From Eledone cirrhosa (lineage: Eukaryota), in assembly GCA_964016885.1 (NCBI GenBank), contig OZ024740.1:369644001-369708000 (forward strand): DNA of 64,000 bases. Reading direction: 5' to 3'. Made by a program: the position numbers and the translations under genes. This document shows, in pieces, positions 41,060 to 54,960 of the stretch. The stretch's first letter is position 1. The number at the start of each line of letters is the position of its first letter. The notes below the pieces were generated by a model. The model did no database searches. It was not told where the DNA came from and was given only the letters and a program-made list of their open reading frames with translations.

Positions 41060-44000
41060 TATTAAGAGTAGGAAGTTTAAATGTTCGTGGCCTGGGGTCA
41101 TCCTGGAAGCAGGGTCGCCTGCTCAACGAACTCAGGTCGCTGGAAATGGATGTGATTGCCGTCAGCGAGACCAGAATTTCCGACACGCGCGCACTAGCCC
41201 CCATTTTCGACGACTATCAGATCTTCGTATCTGTTAGCAGGCCTGGAATGCGAGGTGGGGTGGCAGTGCTGTTTAGGAAAGGACTGGATCTCGAGGTAAG
41301 TTGGTGGTCTTGGATGTGAGCAGTAGCGAAGGTGGTGCCTTTAGACTGCTGGCCGTCTACGCCTCTACAGGGGCCGGACGACCGGACTTCTTTAGGCGCC
41401 TGGAGACCTTTCTGGGTACGTCTGGCCCTTTACTGTTAGCGTGGGACTGGAATGGCATCTTAGACGCACCGTGGGGTTGTGTGGGAGTAGCCGATAGGAG
41501 CGGGGGGTGCAAAAGCCTCAAGCACCTACTCAGCCATTTTAAACTGTCTGACAGGTATCGACTAGATTTCCCCAAAAATGTGCCAGTATGGACATGGACC
41601 AACCGAATGGGGTCATCTAGACAGGATTGTATATAGACAGGATCTTCATTAGGAAAATATATAGTAATAGTGTAGGCTGCCCACTTTTTAAAACGGTCGC
41701 CTATTCAGATCATACATTTGTGATCTGTACGCTCGACCTATATAAAACGCGTAGGTTTAAATGGGTTACTGGAAGCTGAACATGTCATTTCTGGCACGTA
41801 AGTCTTACAGAGACCGAGACAACAATTTAGTTAAGCAAAAGTTGACAGGGGGTATCATCAACAAAAGATGGTGGGGGCTCTCAAAAGAGAGATTAGAGTA
41901 ACTTCGATAGATCAGCAAAGAACTAGCGTTAGAGAAAAATAGAAAGGAGGGGGAGCTTGTAGATAAGTTAGACGAGGCTATTTGTAGTGGCATTGCAACT
42001 GATGTGCTAGCGGCGAGAATGGCATTGGTCCATTTCTTCAATGCGAAACACGAAGGTTGCATTGTCAGAGCTAAGGCGCGTGCGCTGAGAAACGAGGAAA
42101 CCAAAGCTGTTCGATGGGCCCGCGTGGCGGAGGGGCAGCCTGGTAATAAAACCACATTTTGGTCTTTGGCGGACCGAGACGGACACGAGATAAACGATTC
42201 CAAGCGGTGTGTGAGGCCTTTCGCCAGCACTTTGCTCGGTTGTTCGGGGAGAGTGGCGAGTCAGAGAGAGTAGCGGATTTCAGTCCCTACCTTGACGGCT
42301 TGCCGCGCATCTCGACAGTGGACGCTGAGCGCTGCGAAAGGCCGATTACTTCAGCCGAAATTCAGGACCCCCTTGTCGGCTGCATGAGGCGAAAGTCACC
42401 CGGTTTGGATGGCCTGCCCTATGAGCTTTACGTAAATATGCCAGACTTGTTCTCCGATCTCCTCGAAGCACTCTACTGCAACTGGCAGCAGAATGGGAGT
42501 ATTCCCAGTTCTGTGAGCAGGGGAGTGGTGACGCTGATAATGAAAGAGGGATACACTAGACAAGTTCAGGCCCATAACTCTGCTCAACACAGAGTTTAAG
42601 ATTTTGGCCAAGGTGTTAGCAAAGAGATTGGCGCTTGTCGTCGAGGATTTGGTTGGGGAGGCGCAAACTTGCGCAATCCCAGCCAGGTCCATACACGACA
42701 ATCTCCACCTCATGCGATACATCATAGAGAGGGTAGGGTGTACACCTGGCTTATGTGGGGCACTGATAAATTTAGATCAATCGAAAGCATTCGATAGGGT
42801 CGACCATCGGTATTTGGAGTTTGTCCTCAAAGCAGCTGGATTCGGCCCTGTCTTCAGAAGCTGGATCGCTGCAATGCACAGCGGCACACGCTCTGTGGTC
42901 AAGGTTAATGGCCACCTCTCGGAACCATTTCGGCTCTCCCGATCGGTCCGTCAAGTGTACCATCTCTCTTCCCTTCAGTACGTATTGACTCTCGAGCCTT
43001 TACTGCGGAAGCTGGAGCTGTCACAAAGCATCCCGCTCGAAACGGGACGTGGAAAGGCGGTGTCGGCTTATGCGGACGACAACACCGTGATGGTGTGGAA
43101 CACCTCAGAAATGGAGGTGGTCGGCACCTTATTGAAGGAATATGAAAGGTTGACAGGAGCCAAACTTAACCCGGAAAAAGTCGGTGGGCTTGCAGCTCGG
43201 AACCTGGAGAGGCAAGCCGATGCCGTCCAACAACGTCGTGAGGCGCTGGAAGGACGGACCAGTAAAGTTGCTCGGGATTTGGTTTGGACCAGACCTCCAG
43301 GTGGAAAAGAATTGGGCTGGGAGGAAGCTATCACTGAAAGGTCGCGCGGATGTGGCGAATTCGTACATCCCGTCCGTCATCTACTACCGCCTGACCGTCG
43401 TGCCTTGCCCCATCCGCGCCTCCTCAAGTTGGAACGGCTCCTCTTCAAATTCTTGTGGTGGGGTCAAGTTCCGTTGGTGAGGCGGTCCATCTGCTGCCAG
43501 CACCCTCTACGCGGAGGGCTGGGCTTGCCGTGGTTAATGATGCGCAGACATGCGTTGAGGCTGCGACATCTCCAGATATTCTGCTTAAACGGTGAACAGG
43601 TGTGGTCGCCGTTTATCAGACGTCCTTTCCGCAGCTCATTTCTTTGACTGAGCTGCAGTCCTGGGTCAAGAAAAGACTGAGACTGGGTGACTGGCACCTG
43701 GAATTTTGCCAGGCACTCACTTCCCTCTACCAAGCAGGAAATGCGATCAGTGGAACTTTCACTCTCGAGTTCTATAGAGGATTAGTGGTGGGCAAGTGCG
43801 ATGACGCACTCTGAGAAGCTTTGGGCCTCGACGAAGTCGAACTGACCAGTCTGTATAGGAGGACTTTCGAGTCGGGGACGATGGACAATTTCCAGAAATT
43901 CCTCGCCTGGCAGTGCTACCGGGGGGCACTGCCGTTTCGGGTTAAACTCTACAGGTACGGAAGTGCTGTCAGACGGACCTGCGCAAGATGCGCACAGAAG

Positions 44001-44370
44001 CGAAACCGTTCTGCAGGTACTTGTACAATGTCCGTGCATTACTGACTTGTAAAGTTATGTCGAACAGCTATTGTCGCGTGTGGAACGAATCCGGCTATCG
44101 GCCGAGTCCATAGTGAAGATCGACCCGCCGCCTTCCTTAGGTCAGGAAGAGCAGGAATTTTCCTCTGTCTGGTGGCAGTTGCGAAAGAGGTTATATGGTG
44201 GACCAGATTAAAAGGACTGAAGACAGACACTTCGGCCAATCCCTCATCAACTTCTTCAAGTTTCACCTGGAAAGGAAGGTGAGGGTGGAGAGAGAAGTGC
44301 TGTCCCCCAGTACATTTGTTAAAAGGTGGATGTATGCGGCGAGAATGGCTCGTGTGAATGGGCCTACTTG
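41060..44370 (+). pseudogene. LINE ORF2 (APE endonuclease, RT), multiple frameshifts
   Basis: Motifs spread across ORFs 40789, 41301, 42004, 42159, 42604, 43184 and 43821. Confidence 0.9.
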
Positions 44371-44691
44371 AGGAGAGCGGTGCTCTCGCTAGGTGCCCTA
44401 GAAGCACAGGGTGGTTCAGGATTGGTGGGGTACCCGAGTCACCCCAGGGTCGTCCACCCCCTATTGGGGAATTTATTTTGTTATATTTATGCATAGTTTA
44501 TTTTATATTTTTATATCTTCATTGTTAAATTAGTCTTGCCATTGTGCACTTTTACTCGACCTTATTGTAAACCCCCACTGTCCCTGTCTTTGTATTGTCC
44601 CCTACATGTCGGACCTTGTGGCTAATAAATGAAATCATTATTATTATTCAAATCCTTGTGGCTAATAAATGAAACCATTATTATTATTATT

Positions 44692-44826
44692 GTTCAAATT
44701 CCGCCGAGGTTAACTTTACCTTTCATCCATATGGGGTCGATAAAATATATACCAGTAATGTACTGGTTACTTGCTGGCCTTGTGCCAAACGTAGAAACAA
44801 TTATTATTATTGTTACTATTATTATT
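44692..44826 (+). mobile_element. tRNA-derived SINE, 5'-truncated
   Basis: gttcaaattccgccgagg...tttcatcc...ggggtcgataaa...ggccttgtgccaaacgtagaaac followed by (ATT)n. Confidence 0.75.
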
Positions 44827-44929
44827 ACATTTTTTTTCTTCCCCCAATTCAATGATGTTCCAAATCATTATAAAAGAGATAATTGGCAATAAAGGTTCTG
44901 GAACAAAAAAGTTAATTGGCAATAAGTGC

Positions 44930-47550
44930 AGGGGCCTCAGGTTATCACAGCCTGAGCCCGCTCGTCATTGTGCCACTGTAATAGAGCCAAACAAGGCATT
45001 TAGTCTTGGCTGCTGGAACGTACGGACGCTGCTTGACATGGATTCCTTGGAGCGTCCTGAACGAAGGACCGCTCTTGTTGCAAAGGAGCTTCGACGTTAC
45101 GTTCTTGACATCGTGGCTTTATCTGAAACGAGATTAGCTGGAGATGGTCATCTTACATAATTTTGTGGAGAATATACATTCGTCTGGAAAGGAAGAGATG
45201 AAGGAACCAGAAGAGAGGCTCGGGTAGCATTTGCTGTTAAGACTGTTCTTGTGAATAAATTAGAAGAATTCCCAGTAGGGATTAGTGAGCGTCTTATGTC
45301 CATGAGAATTCCGCTGGACAAAGGAAGATATGCGACCCTGGTGAGTGTGGATGCTCCAACTATGAATTCTGTCGATGAAGAAAAAGTCTCCTTTTACCAT
45401 GCCTTCAAAGGTGTTTTAAGAAATATCCCTCAGGCAGACAAAGTCATCGTGCTTAGTGACTTTAATGCTAGAGTGGGTAGGTATTTTAACACATGGAATG
45501 TAATTGGAAGGCATGGGTGGGAAAGTGTAACAACAATGGTATGCTCCTGCTGCAGATGTGTGAGGAGCTGGATCTGTGTGTTACCAACACCATGTTCCAA
45601 CAAAAGAACAAATTCAAGACCACATAGATGCATCCTGCATCTAAGGAATGGCATCTTTTGGACTACGTCCTAGTCAGGCTGCGTGACAGACAGGATGTGC
45701 AGTGTGTTCGTGCTCTTCGTGGAGCTGAGTGCTGGACGGACGATCGCCTGGTACGCGCAAAAGTGAAACTAATCACTAAACGTAAAATCCGGGTTCCTGG
45801 TGTTGCCCTACCCAGAAGATTTAATGCTGCTCGTCTTAAGGATAAAAATGTGAAGAGGACTTTGCAAGAAGAGATGCAGGTTGTAGATCTTGGTGAGGAT
45901 TGGCCGACCCTTAAAAAGTCGGTTTATGATGTAGGCAGGCGTGTCCTGGGATTGGTGCAGCGAAAACATCAGGACTGGTTTAATGAGAATGATGTAAACT
46001 AGGAAGACTTGTTGGCTAATAAGAGGCGTGCTCTGTCACGCTACTTGACGGCAAAACCACAGGAGAAGAATACGTTGCATAAGGAACTCAAGGATGTGTT
46101 AGGCGGAGTCTTTCTCAGATGAAGGATCAGTGGTGGAGTGAGAAGGCTGATGAGATACAAACTGCGTCAGATTCCAATAACACAAAGCTGTTGTACAGTC
46201 TCTTGCGTGAGGTGTATGGACCGTCTCTTTCTCTGGTGACACCGCTCCGCAGCAAGGATGGCAAAGAAATTCTTCGTGATTCACAAGGAATTCTACGAAG
46301 GTGACGAGAGCACTTTGATGATCTTTTGAACCAGCCGTCTGTCGTCAATGAAGATTTCCTCAATCTCATTCAAAAAAGTCCTGTGAAAGTAGCTCTCGCA
46401 GAACCTCCGACGGTTGTGGAGGTTGTAGTGACTATCTCGAAGCTGAACAGTGGAAGGTCTGGATGGCATACATGCTGAGTTCCTACAATATGGTGGTGAG
46501 AGACTCCTGCAACATCTTCACTCTTTGTTTGGCAGCATATGGGCTAATGAATCCGTACCTGAGAACTGGAGAGATGCAGTAATGGTGGTCTTGTACAAAG
46601 AAAAGGGTAACAGGTATGATTGTGGGAACTACAGAGATATAGCATTGCTTTCTGTTGTTGGAAAGTTTTATGTAGGGTGCTTCTGGACCATTTGCTGACA
46701 CACATTGCAGATTGTGTTCTTCCTGAAAGTCAATCTGTTTTTCGTGTTGGACGCGGCACTACTGATATAATCTTCTCAGCTCCAGAAGTGCATGGAACAA
46801 GGTTTGGATCTGTATCAGGTTTTTGTCGATCTGACAAAAGCATTCGATACTGTGAACAGAAATGCATTATGGAAGGTTCTCCAGAAACTTGGTTGCCCTG
46901 ATAAGTTCCTTGCTTTAGTTAGGTCTTTCGATGACGACATGAAGGCTTGGGTTAATGTCGGGGGTAACATGTCGGAGCCTATCTCAATAAAAAATGAAGT
47001 GAAACAGGGGGATATTCCAGCACCGACCCTGTTTGCCATATACATTGCAATGGTTTTCTGTATTGCATTCAGGAACTGTGAGCATGGTGTTTAAATCCGA
47101 TATCGAACCCCAGACAGCATATTTAACATTAGGCGCTTTCCTGCAAATTCAAAAGTATTTACATCAATCATAAGAGACCTCTTGTATGCAGATGAGTGCG
47201 ATCTTGTAGCGCACACAGAGAGTGATATGCAGCACATTTTGAATGCATTTTCTGATGCTTGCACTGCCCTAGGATTGACTGTCAGTCTCAAGAAAACCGT
47301 CGTCATGTACCAACTTGCCCCTGCTAAGCAGTACAATGAACCAAATATCTATGTGTATAGTAAATGACTTGGAGTGGTTGATCAGTTTGTCTACCTGGGA
47401 CGCACTGTCAATCGATACAGCAACCTTGATAGTGAAATCTCTCTTAGGATTAGGAAAGCAAGTGATGCTTTCGGAAAGCTAGAAAGGCGACTCTGGGGTC
47501 GGCGAGACATATGCAAGAAGACAAAGGTAAAGGTGTACAAGGCATGATAT
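44930..47550 (+). mobile_element. RTE-clade (BovB-like) LINE, APE plus RT, decayed and 3'-truncated
   Basis: LGCWNVRTLLD..RPERRTALVAKEL, SDFNARVG, HP.SKEWHLLDYV, CGNYR.IALLS, FVDLTKAFDTVNR and YADEC. Confidence 0.92.
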
Positions 47551-47700
47551 TAGTTTACCTGGAAAGAAACAATTAAGTTATTTATAAGAATAGTTGGAAT
47601 TAATGCATGCAAATTTCACAGCTCTAGCATAATTCATTTATAGACAGCCTATGAATTTGGCCCACCTTCGTTGTCGACATATTTTCTACACTGCAATTAT

Positions 47701-47780
47701 TATTTCGCGACCATAAACATTATTTCGCGACCATAAACATTATTTCGCGACCATAAACATTATTTCGCGACCATAAACAT
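47701..47780 (+). repeat. Perfect 20-bp tandem repeat, 4 copies
   Basis: (tatttcgcgaccataaacat)x4. Confidence 0.97.
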
Positions 47781-48630
47781 ACCTGTGACTTTCAAGGGAA
47801 CGTGTTATCTTTTCCCCGACGATTTGAGAATATTTACCCGTGTTTCTCATGTCAATCTATTTATTCATAGCTGGGCCCAACGAAAAGCGTGCCTCTGTAT
47901 GTGTGCATATGTGTATTATTTTCGATGTTCTTTTTGCTGCTGATATTTTTGTAGTTATCGTTTTCCCTGTTTAGATTATTCAAATTTACGTTATTTTATG
48001 CCAAAATATTATTTGTTTCTTGAGAAATAATATTGTACTGCTGAAGAATTGGATTTATTTTTCTCGTTTGTTATTTTATTATTGATTCTTGGAAAATATA
48101 TTATCAGCCACTTTGTGTTTAAGGTGACTCAGGTATGCCAGCTTTTCCTTTTATGGTCTTCAATGAATATGTCATATTGCGATTCCTCCTTTTGTATTTT
48201 AGCATTGCCTATATTTCAAAATTCCGTATTGGAAATACAATGAGCAAAATCGTTCATATTTAAATGTGTAATTGTGTTACAAAAAGACATGTGTACACGT
48301 GAAAGTTATATTCTTAAATTTCTGTGTGTTTGATTTTCTTTTCTGTACACTCTATTTTACTCTTCTTTTGCAAACAATATGTACTAAAATCCGGAGTGGC
48401 GTGTACATGCAATTTGTTATGGGTAACTAAGTTTTAAAAAAACAAGACAAATTGCTCAACATAAGATAACTTCTTTCACAAACTAGACCAAAGATGTAAA
48501 GCTAAAATCATGAGGATTCGTAAATCATTTTCTATTATATGAGCTAAAATCCTAAATCGTTAGACACTGGCAAAACAATAAAAATAAAAATAAAAATAAA
48601 CACGTTAGATTCTTTCAAAAAGCAACACTA

Positions 48631-48814
48631 ATAATTGTTTCTACTTTTGGTACAAAGCCAGCAATTAACCAGTACATTGCTGGTACGTTATTTTATCGAC
48701 CCCATTAGGATGAACGGCAAAGTTAACCTCGACGGGAATTGAACTCAGACCGTAAAGCGACGTAACTATGTTAGAAAGCATGGCATCCAACCCTTACAAA
48801 TACTGCCAATTTAC
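48631..48814 (-). mobile_element. tRNA-derived SINE
   Basis: Reverse-complement homolog of 44692-44810 with additional head sequence. Other pieces at ~38265-38350, 48937-49004 and 50551-50660. Confidence 0.75.
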
Positions 48815-49459
48815 ACTAATAATACAAATAATAACGAGAAAATATATTATAGTAACAACAACGACAGCAGCAATCATGATGATAATGATGATGATGATGA
48901 TGATTAGGATGATGATGATGCTGAGGATGATAAGGATTTCTACTTTAGGCACAAGGCCAGCAATTTTGGGAGAGGGAAAAGTTGATTAAATCGACGCCAG
49001 TACTCTCTTTATTAGCCACACAGGGTTCACATTACGGAGACATTAAAGACGGTAAAATATGATACAGTGTGGGGTTTTTATCAGAAAAAATGAAATGGAG
49101 CGAAAATCTTCTGAAACAGTGTAGCTAGTTGATTCTCCTCAACGTCTAGATTTTTTCCCCAATCACATCGTCGTTTTCTGTTGCCACTAACACTTTATAA
49201 AACGCCAAGGTAGAGTTCCCACCCATCGTACTGCCCGAATGGCTGAGGACTGTGAGCGCTAGAAAACATTCCTTGAATAAAAATAATAATAATAGTGAGA
49301 AAACAAAATTACGCACAATTCTGAGAAAACTCCTGATTAGTTTGCACAAAGTATAACATATCTTTGTTAAAATCGACAGAAACGACTGTTCCAAAAATCG
49401 TCTTATCACTTACTTTGCCACACCATACACAAATCCCAACCTCAATCTTGACTGTTGAC

Positions 49460-50450
49460 ACTTCCTGAAGAGCGTAAGATATGTAAGAGAACAAACAGGA
49501 GGACAATGATCAATTGTTGATTGACAAGGCGATCCTTAAAGATTGTAAAAGGAGAGACACAAACCTTGCCATAGCCTGGATCGATTAATGCAAGGCTTAT
49601 GACATGGTGCCACATAGTTGGAGAGTAGAATGTTTGGAAATGTTTGGTAATCAAGCTAACGTTAGACAGTTTCTGTTGAACAATATGGAAGATTGGGAGA
49701 TTGAGCTTACTTCCTGTAGACATACATTGGGAGTTGTGAAGTCCAAGAGAGGAGACAGTCCTAGGGAGACAGGCTTTTGTCTTTGCTGTTTGTATTGGGT
49801 ATCGTTACACTTTCATTCATGTAGGGAATTTGAAAAGTTGGTTACCTTTTGAGTGGACGTGAGCTTAAGATAAACCAGATACTGTTCATAGATAATCTAA
49901 ATCTCTTTAAGAAGGCCTATGAACATATTGATTCCCTTGTACAGACAGTTCATACACACTGTATGGATATGGGGATGGAATTTGGCATGACATGTGTAGG
50001 CTGCTACATTTGTTAGATGAAGAAGTTATAACGGAAATTGACGACAATGTGTATAAGCACTTAGGTATCCTGGAAATAGACCAAATAAAAGCGATGTGAT
50101 CAAAGAAATATAAACGGATTTTGAAGTTGGTTTTAAAAACAACGTTAAGTGTTACGAACAAATGCTGGATATCAACGAATTGGCAGCTGCAGTTCTAAGG
50201 CATAGCGCGGTGTGATAGAGTGGAGATAAGGTGAACTTAAGGAGCTTGATACAAAGACCAGAATATTGACGACACTACAATATACTCTACACGCCAAAAG
50301 TTACGTATCTATCGCAGTAGAGAGGAGCAAGCGGCCCTATTAGCTATGAAATGATGTCTCAAGAAAAATAATCTGACAAGGTATGTTAAGAGTTCAAAGG
50401 GAAGGTTGATGGTAAGAAAGATAAAGGTGTGAATGAGTGATGAAATAATG
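49460..50450 (+). pseudogene. Non-LTR RT remnant, R4/Dong-like
   Basis: [36 protein letters not shown] and YKHLGILE. Confidence 0.65.
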
Positions 50451-50483
50451 GAAAAGGAGGAATTTAAAAAAGACAGGCAGAAT

Positions 50484-50551
<68 letters not shown>

Positions 50552-50662
50552 ATTGTTTCTACTTTGACACAAGACCATCAATTACCCTGTACATTACTGG
50601 TACTTTATTTTATCGATCTCGTAAGGATGAAAGGTACAATCTACGGACAACTCAATCCTTGG

Positions 50663-50699
<37 letters not shown>

Positions 50700-50799
50700 A
50701 TATATATATATATATATATTTATGTTATATATATATAAATATATATATGTATATATATATGTATATATATATAATTATATATACATATATATACATGTA

Positions 50800-50875
<76 letters not shown>

Positions 50876-50991
50876 TAAGAGGAATTCCAACTTTGTCTGA
50901 TTTACTCGTTTTATTTACAATCCTTTAAAATATATATAATATGGTATTATAATGAAATAGTATGATAGAATATTAAATTCTAAGTGTTAAT

Positions 50992-51030
50992 TGAACAAGT
51001 ACTTTCATGCTTTCGCAATCTTCAGGTTCA
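50992..51030 (-). ncRNA. Minimal type I hammerhead ribozyme
   Basis: tgaac CTGAAGA t-tgc-gaaa-gca-t GAAA gtac TT gttca. Confidence 0.88.
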
Positions 51031-51095
51031 TGATATGTGGTGACAGTCGAGTTTGCAATTTTGAAAATTGCAAACTCGACTGTCACCACATATCA

Positions 51096-51134
51096 TGAAC
51101 CTGAAGATTGCGAAAGCATGAAAGTACTTGTTCA
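51096..51134 (+). ncRNA. Minimal type I hammerhead ribozyme
   Basis: tgaac CTGAAGA t-tgc-gaaa-gca-t GAAA gtac TT gttca, with GNRA-capped stem II and palindromic stem III. Confidence 0.88.
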
Positions 51135-51306
51135 ATTAACACTTAGAATTTAATATTCTATCATACTATTTCATTATAATACCATATTATATATATTTTA
51201 AAGGATTGTAAATAAAACGAGTAAATCAGACAAAGTTGGAATTCCTCTTATTAATATAATCTTCTATACACAATCATACACACCCGTGTATATTTACCTA
51301 TCTATA

Positions 51307-51402
<96 letters not shown>

Positions 51403-51899
51403 GATTTACATATATATATATATAAAGTCATAGATGTATATGTGTTTTGCAACTGGTCACATTGTGGCTCAATGAGAAATTAATAAATTAAATAATCAGA
51501 ACTATATATCATAATATATGTCTTTAGAATTACTAGATATAATATATACCATTTCCTCTCCCAATTAGTATAATTAACCATTATAAAAATTCAATTAGAC
51601 CAAGCTATAAGAATAAAGGCTCCTATGAAGAAATCTCCGACAAATAACCGAAAGCAGCCCCTTCGCGGTGGCTACAATAGAGTATTTATCTAACATTTCG
51701 ACAGCATGTAAAAATCGACCAGATATACAGTCAACTAAACACAATTAGGTGTAAAACTAAACTTAGAAGAATTGCGTACATACCTAATTACCTCTACCAT
51801 GGTTTCATCCGTATTTTAAGACATCCGATAACAGGAAATGTCCAGAGCTTCGGAATCATCATATTTTATTATATATATATATATATATATATATACATA

Positions 51900-53760
51900 C
51901 AGGTATTGAGTTGTCAGTAGATGGCCTTATCTTTCAGCAAGCACTTTAGTCTCTTTAACTTTCCGTGGAAGACTCTGGCTGTAATATCATGCCTGTCACT
52001 CGTCACCTGGCCCGCGAATAAATTCTCCTTAATCTCCACCCAATTAGGATTACATATGAAGGTAATAAAGAGATCCGACCGCCCAAACTTACGGACATAC
52101 GCCATGGCATCCTGTTATATGCATGTACCAGGATGAGCCACTAAAGCTAGAAGGAAGGATCACCTGAGGCCCAACATTTGTTGCATCACCGTTACGCTGC
52201 AAAGCATCCTTAAGATGAGCGTATTGAACCCCTCTTATTTCTTTTTGATGGGTACGTATGTACCAAGAACTGGTTTGTCACCTCTTTGAACCTAAGTATT
52301 TGGTTGAATTGACCGTCTCTGATCATGAGTCGGTATGCATAAGAATACATGCTGGAAACCCTCTTTGGTAAAGCAGCAAGACTTTTCGTATCAATTGTGG
52401 GAATCTCGAAGTTGTAGCCGTCCTCGCTGTAGGGGAAAAGAAGAGGTTTCTGCAAGCAATCGCACGACCGATGGGTTTCTGCAACGAACGTCAGTCTGTT
52501 ATTGCGATGCTGAATGATGATATAACGTACACCATGATTTTCGTCATTTTGCTGCTACCTCGTTGGTAGTTGGAGCGTTGAAACATCCAGGATGCCCACC
52601 CGCAGGTCGCGTGTCAGCTCTGATGATCAATTTCATCTCATGTCTAGAGTCCAAAAGATCCAAAGCAGACTTCAAGTCACGGACGTACGGATGGGTTACA
52701 CGGAGCATAGTTTCAAGTTCCGCAACAATGTTCCCGTCAACAGATAAATTGATCTTGCATCTTTGGGAAACTTCCTCTTCATTCTGGCCTATGAAGAATA
52801 CCTGGAAGCATTTAGGTTCCTCGCCTAGCTGTGGACGAAGGATTCCCATTAGGTGGTAACACTGACCTTGAATTTTGTAGGTGTAAAGTTTTTCTTTCTT
52901 TCTTTCTTCGTTGTTGTCACAATTACTGGCGACACCGGTGTTGTGGCTGTTGTTGTTCTTTTTGTTGTTTCTGCCATCCCTTACACCAAATGATGTCATA
53001 GCAAAGCATAAATTGTATCTCCAAATGCTTTTGCGAAATTTCACTCCGAGGTCAGAGTTACCAATGAGACGATTTTGCAGCAAATCAGGAGGATCAGTCA
53101 GCGCCTGAATTCGAACTTTGCCCCCGAAACAGCAAAGACCTGGAGCCTCACCGACCCACTTCTTAGCCCCACAAGACTGACATACCTTATCCATTTTTCC
53201 AAGAGACAAATCCGGGTGATTGGTGTAATCATCAGAAGGATTGTAGTTAAAGACTGCTTTTAAGCAAAAAGTGTCCCTTCTAGTAGCAGCATCTTCTTGA
53301 CGTTTACGCCGTCCACCTGCCAACCTTTCTTCCCTTGCCCCCGGAGTCTCGTAGAGACATGAGCGTTGACGTCGAGTGCGCTGGTCAGACAGACGGTCTT
53401 CCATTGCCCCCGGAGTCTCGTCGAGAAGTGATAGTTGATTTCGAGTGCGCTGATCAGAAAGACGGTCCTACCTTGCCTCCGGAGTCCCATCGAGACGTGA
53501 GCGTTGGCGCTGATCGTGCTGGGCAGAAAGACGGGTCTCCCTTGCCCCCGGAGACTCCTCGAGGACTGAGAGTTGGCACTGATTGCGGTCGGCAGCAAAG
53601 AAGGGCTTCCCTTGCCCCCCGGAGTCTCCTGGAGACGAGAGCGTTGGTCGCGAGTGCGCTGTGTAGTAAGACGGGCCTCCCTTGCCTCCGGAATCTCGTC
53701 CAGACATGAGCATTGGCGCTGAATGCGCTGGGCCTCCCTTGCATCCGATGTCTCCTGGAG
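51900..53760 (-). pseudogene. Helitron Rep/helicase N-terminal fragment
   Basis: MDKVCQSCGAKKW..E....CCFGGKV, YN..FAMTSFG, YKIQGQ.YH, FNAPT.NEVA, PLLFP..EDG and DLFITF.CNPNW.EI...DRHDITARVF. Confidence 0.9.
53330..53757 (-). repeat. ~69-bp coding tandem repeat (~6 copies) at the Helitron N-terminus
   Basis: ccttgcccccggagtctc recurs about every 69 bp and encodes ETPEAREARL..QR.R-like 23-aa units. Confidence 0.85.
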
Positions 53761-54860
53761 TAAAAAAAAAAATGAATGCTTTAACTCGGCTACTGCTGTT
53801 TTACAACTTCTCAAAACAGAAATAATATTTTTATGGAGTAAAAGAAGCAAAATAACAAAATATATCGATAAGAAAACGTACCCGCGCACGCACCTCCATT
53901 CTTCGCAATGTAAGGGCTTTATTTCGTTTAGAAGAAAATACTGGTCGTTTTCGGTTAGGCATATCGTATAACGATATTATAGTGTAAAAATATTGTAGGT
54001 TAAATACTGACCCATTGAGAGCACGTAGTCGTTTCAATAAAAAGTTGCATCAAAAAAGGGAGGCATTGAATGTAAAATGCTAAGCTAAAAGCGAAAGATT
54101 AATGTCATTGTTTACGTATAATGAATTGGAAATGCTTCATTAAGAGATGGATATAAAAGTATTTTAGGTTAAATAGTAGATGGAGGTGTGTAGGATACAT
54201 ACATAGATACATACATACACACGGCGCTCAGTTTTATATAAGTATCGCGTGTATGTGTGTGTATGTGTGCTATGCGAGCGACGATAGATCAATGATATAT
54301 AACACGTTACTGAAAGTTAACTAAAGTTTGCTCGTCCCTCTCTCTCTCTCTGAATATCTAACACTTTAATTGTATCTCTCTCTCTAACGGCCTACCTCTC
54401 TCTGCAGTGTTGTCATATAGGGAGTGAATAGCGTAAGAGAGAGAGTAAAGCAGTTAAATTATAGAGAGAGGGAATGATCTATTATAGAGAGAGGGAAGAG
54501 CGACGGAGAGAGTAATGCTAATAAATTATAGGGAGGTAATATCGATAGAAAAAGACGGTTTGGGGCCCTAGAGACCACATTTTGCAATTTATAGAACCCC
54601 AAATAGACCTGTCGAACCGCGGCCCATTTTACACTATTGTGTAAATTTTCATGACAAATCAGAGCATTGGTGCTACCTTTTTACCTGTATCCAGACAGAA
54701 CTCAATTTTTGGTCATTTCACATTTATATAATAAATATATGTATATGTGTGTGTGTGTGTGAGTATATATATAAATATATATATATATATACATACATAT
54801 TAGAAAGTGAGGTTTTTTTTACAAAATGAAAAATAACCGAGGTGTCCTACACGAGTGAAA

Positions 54861-54960
54861 GTATAAAGAAAAAGAGATGAAATCGAAAATGCAACTCGAG
54901 TCTTATTTTTTTTTAAAAATAAGACTCCAGTTGCATTTTCGATTTCATCTCTTTTTCTTT

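Larger units (their letters stand above)
38785..44692 (+). mobile_element. Near full-length L1/Tx1-like non-LTR retrotransposon, decayed
   Basis: ORF1 with CFVCGEATHLQAFC knuckle. ORF2 APE (VGSLNVRGL, AVSET, WTW) and RT (KSPGLDGLP, LDQSKAFDRVDH, AYADD), GGLGLP. 3' end aataaa plus (ATT)n. Confidence 0.9.
50870..51300. mobile_element. Perfect ~190-bp-arm palindrome with two intact minimal hammerheads plus a short tail
   Basis: 50870-51062 is the inverse of ~51065-51257, flanked by (TA)n. Confidence 0.92.

Noticed and set aside
47701-47780. 20-bp repeats as a CRISPR array
   Set aside because: No spacers, eukaryotic context and no cas genes. It is a simple minisatellite.
54180-54730. Possible Helentron/DINE-like non-autonomous pieces
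   Set aside because: Only a vague resemblance, and no termini could be defined.
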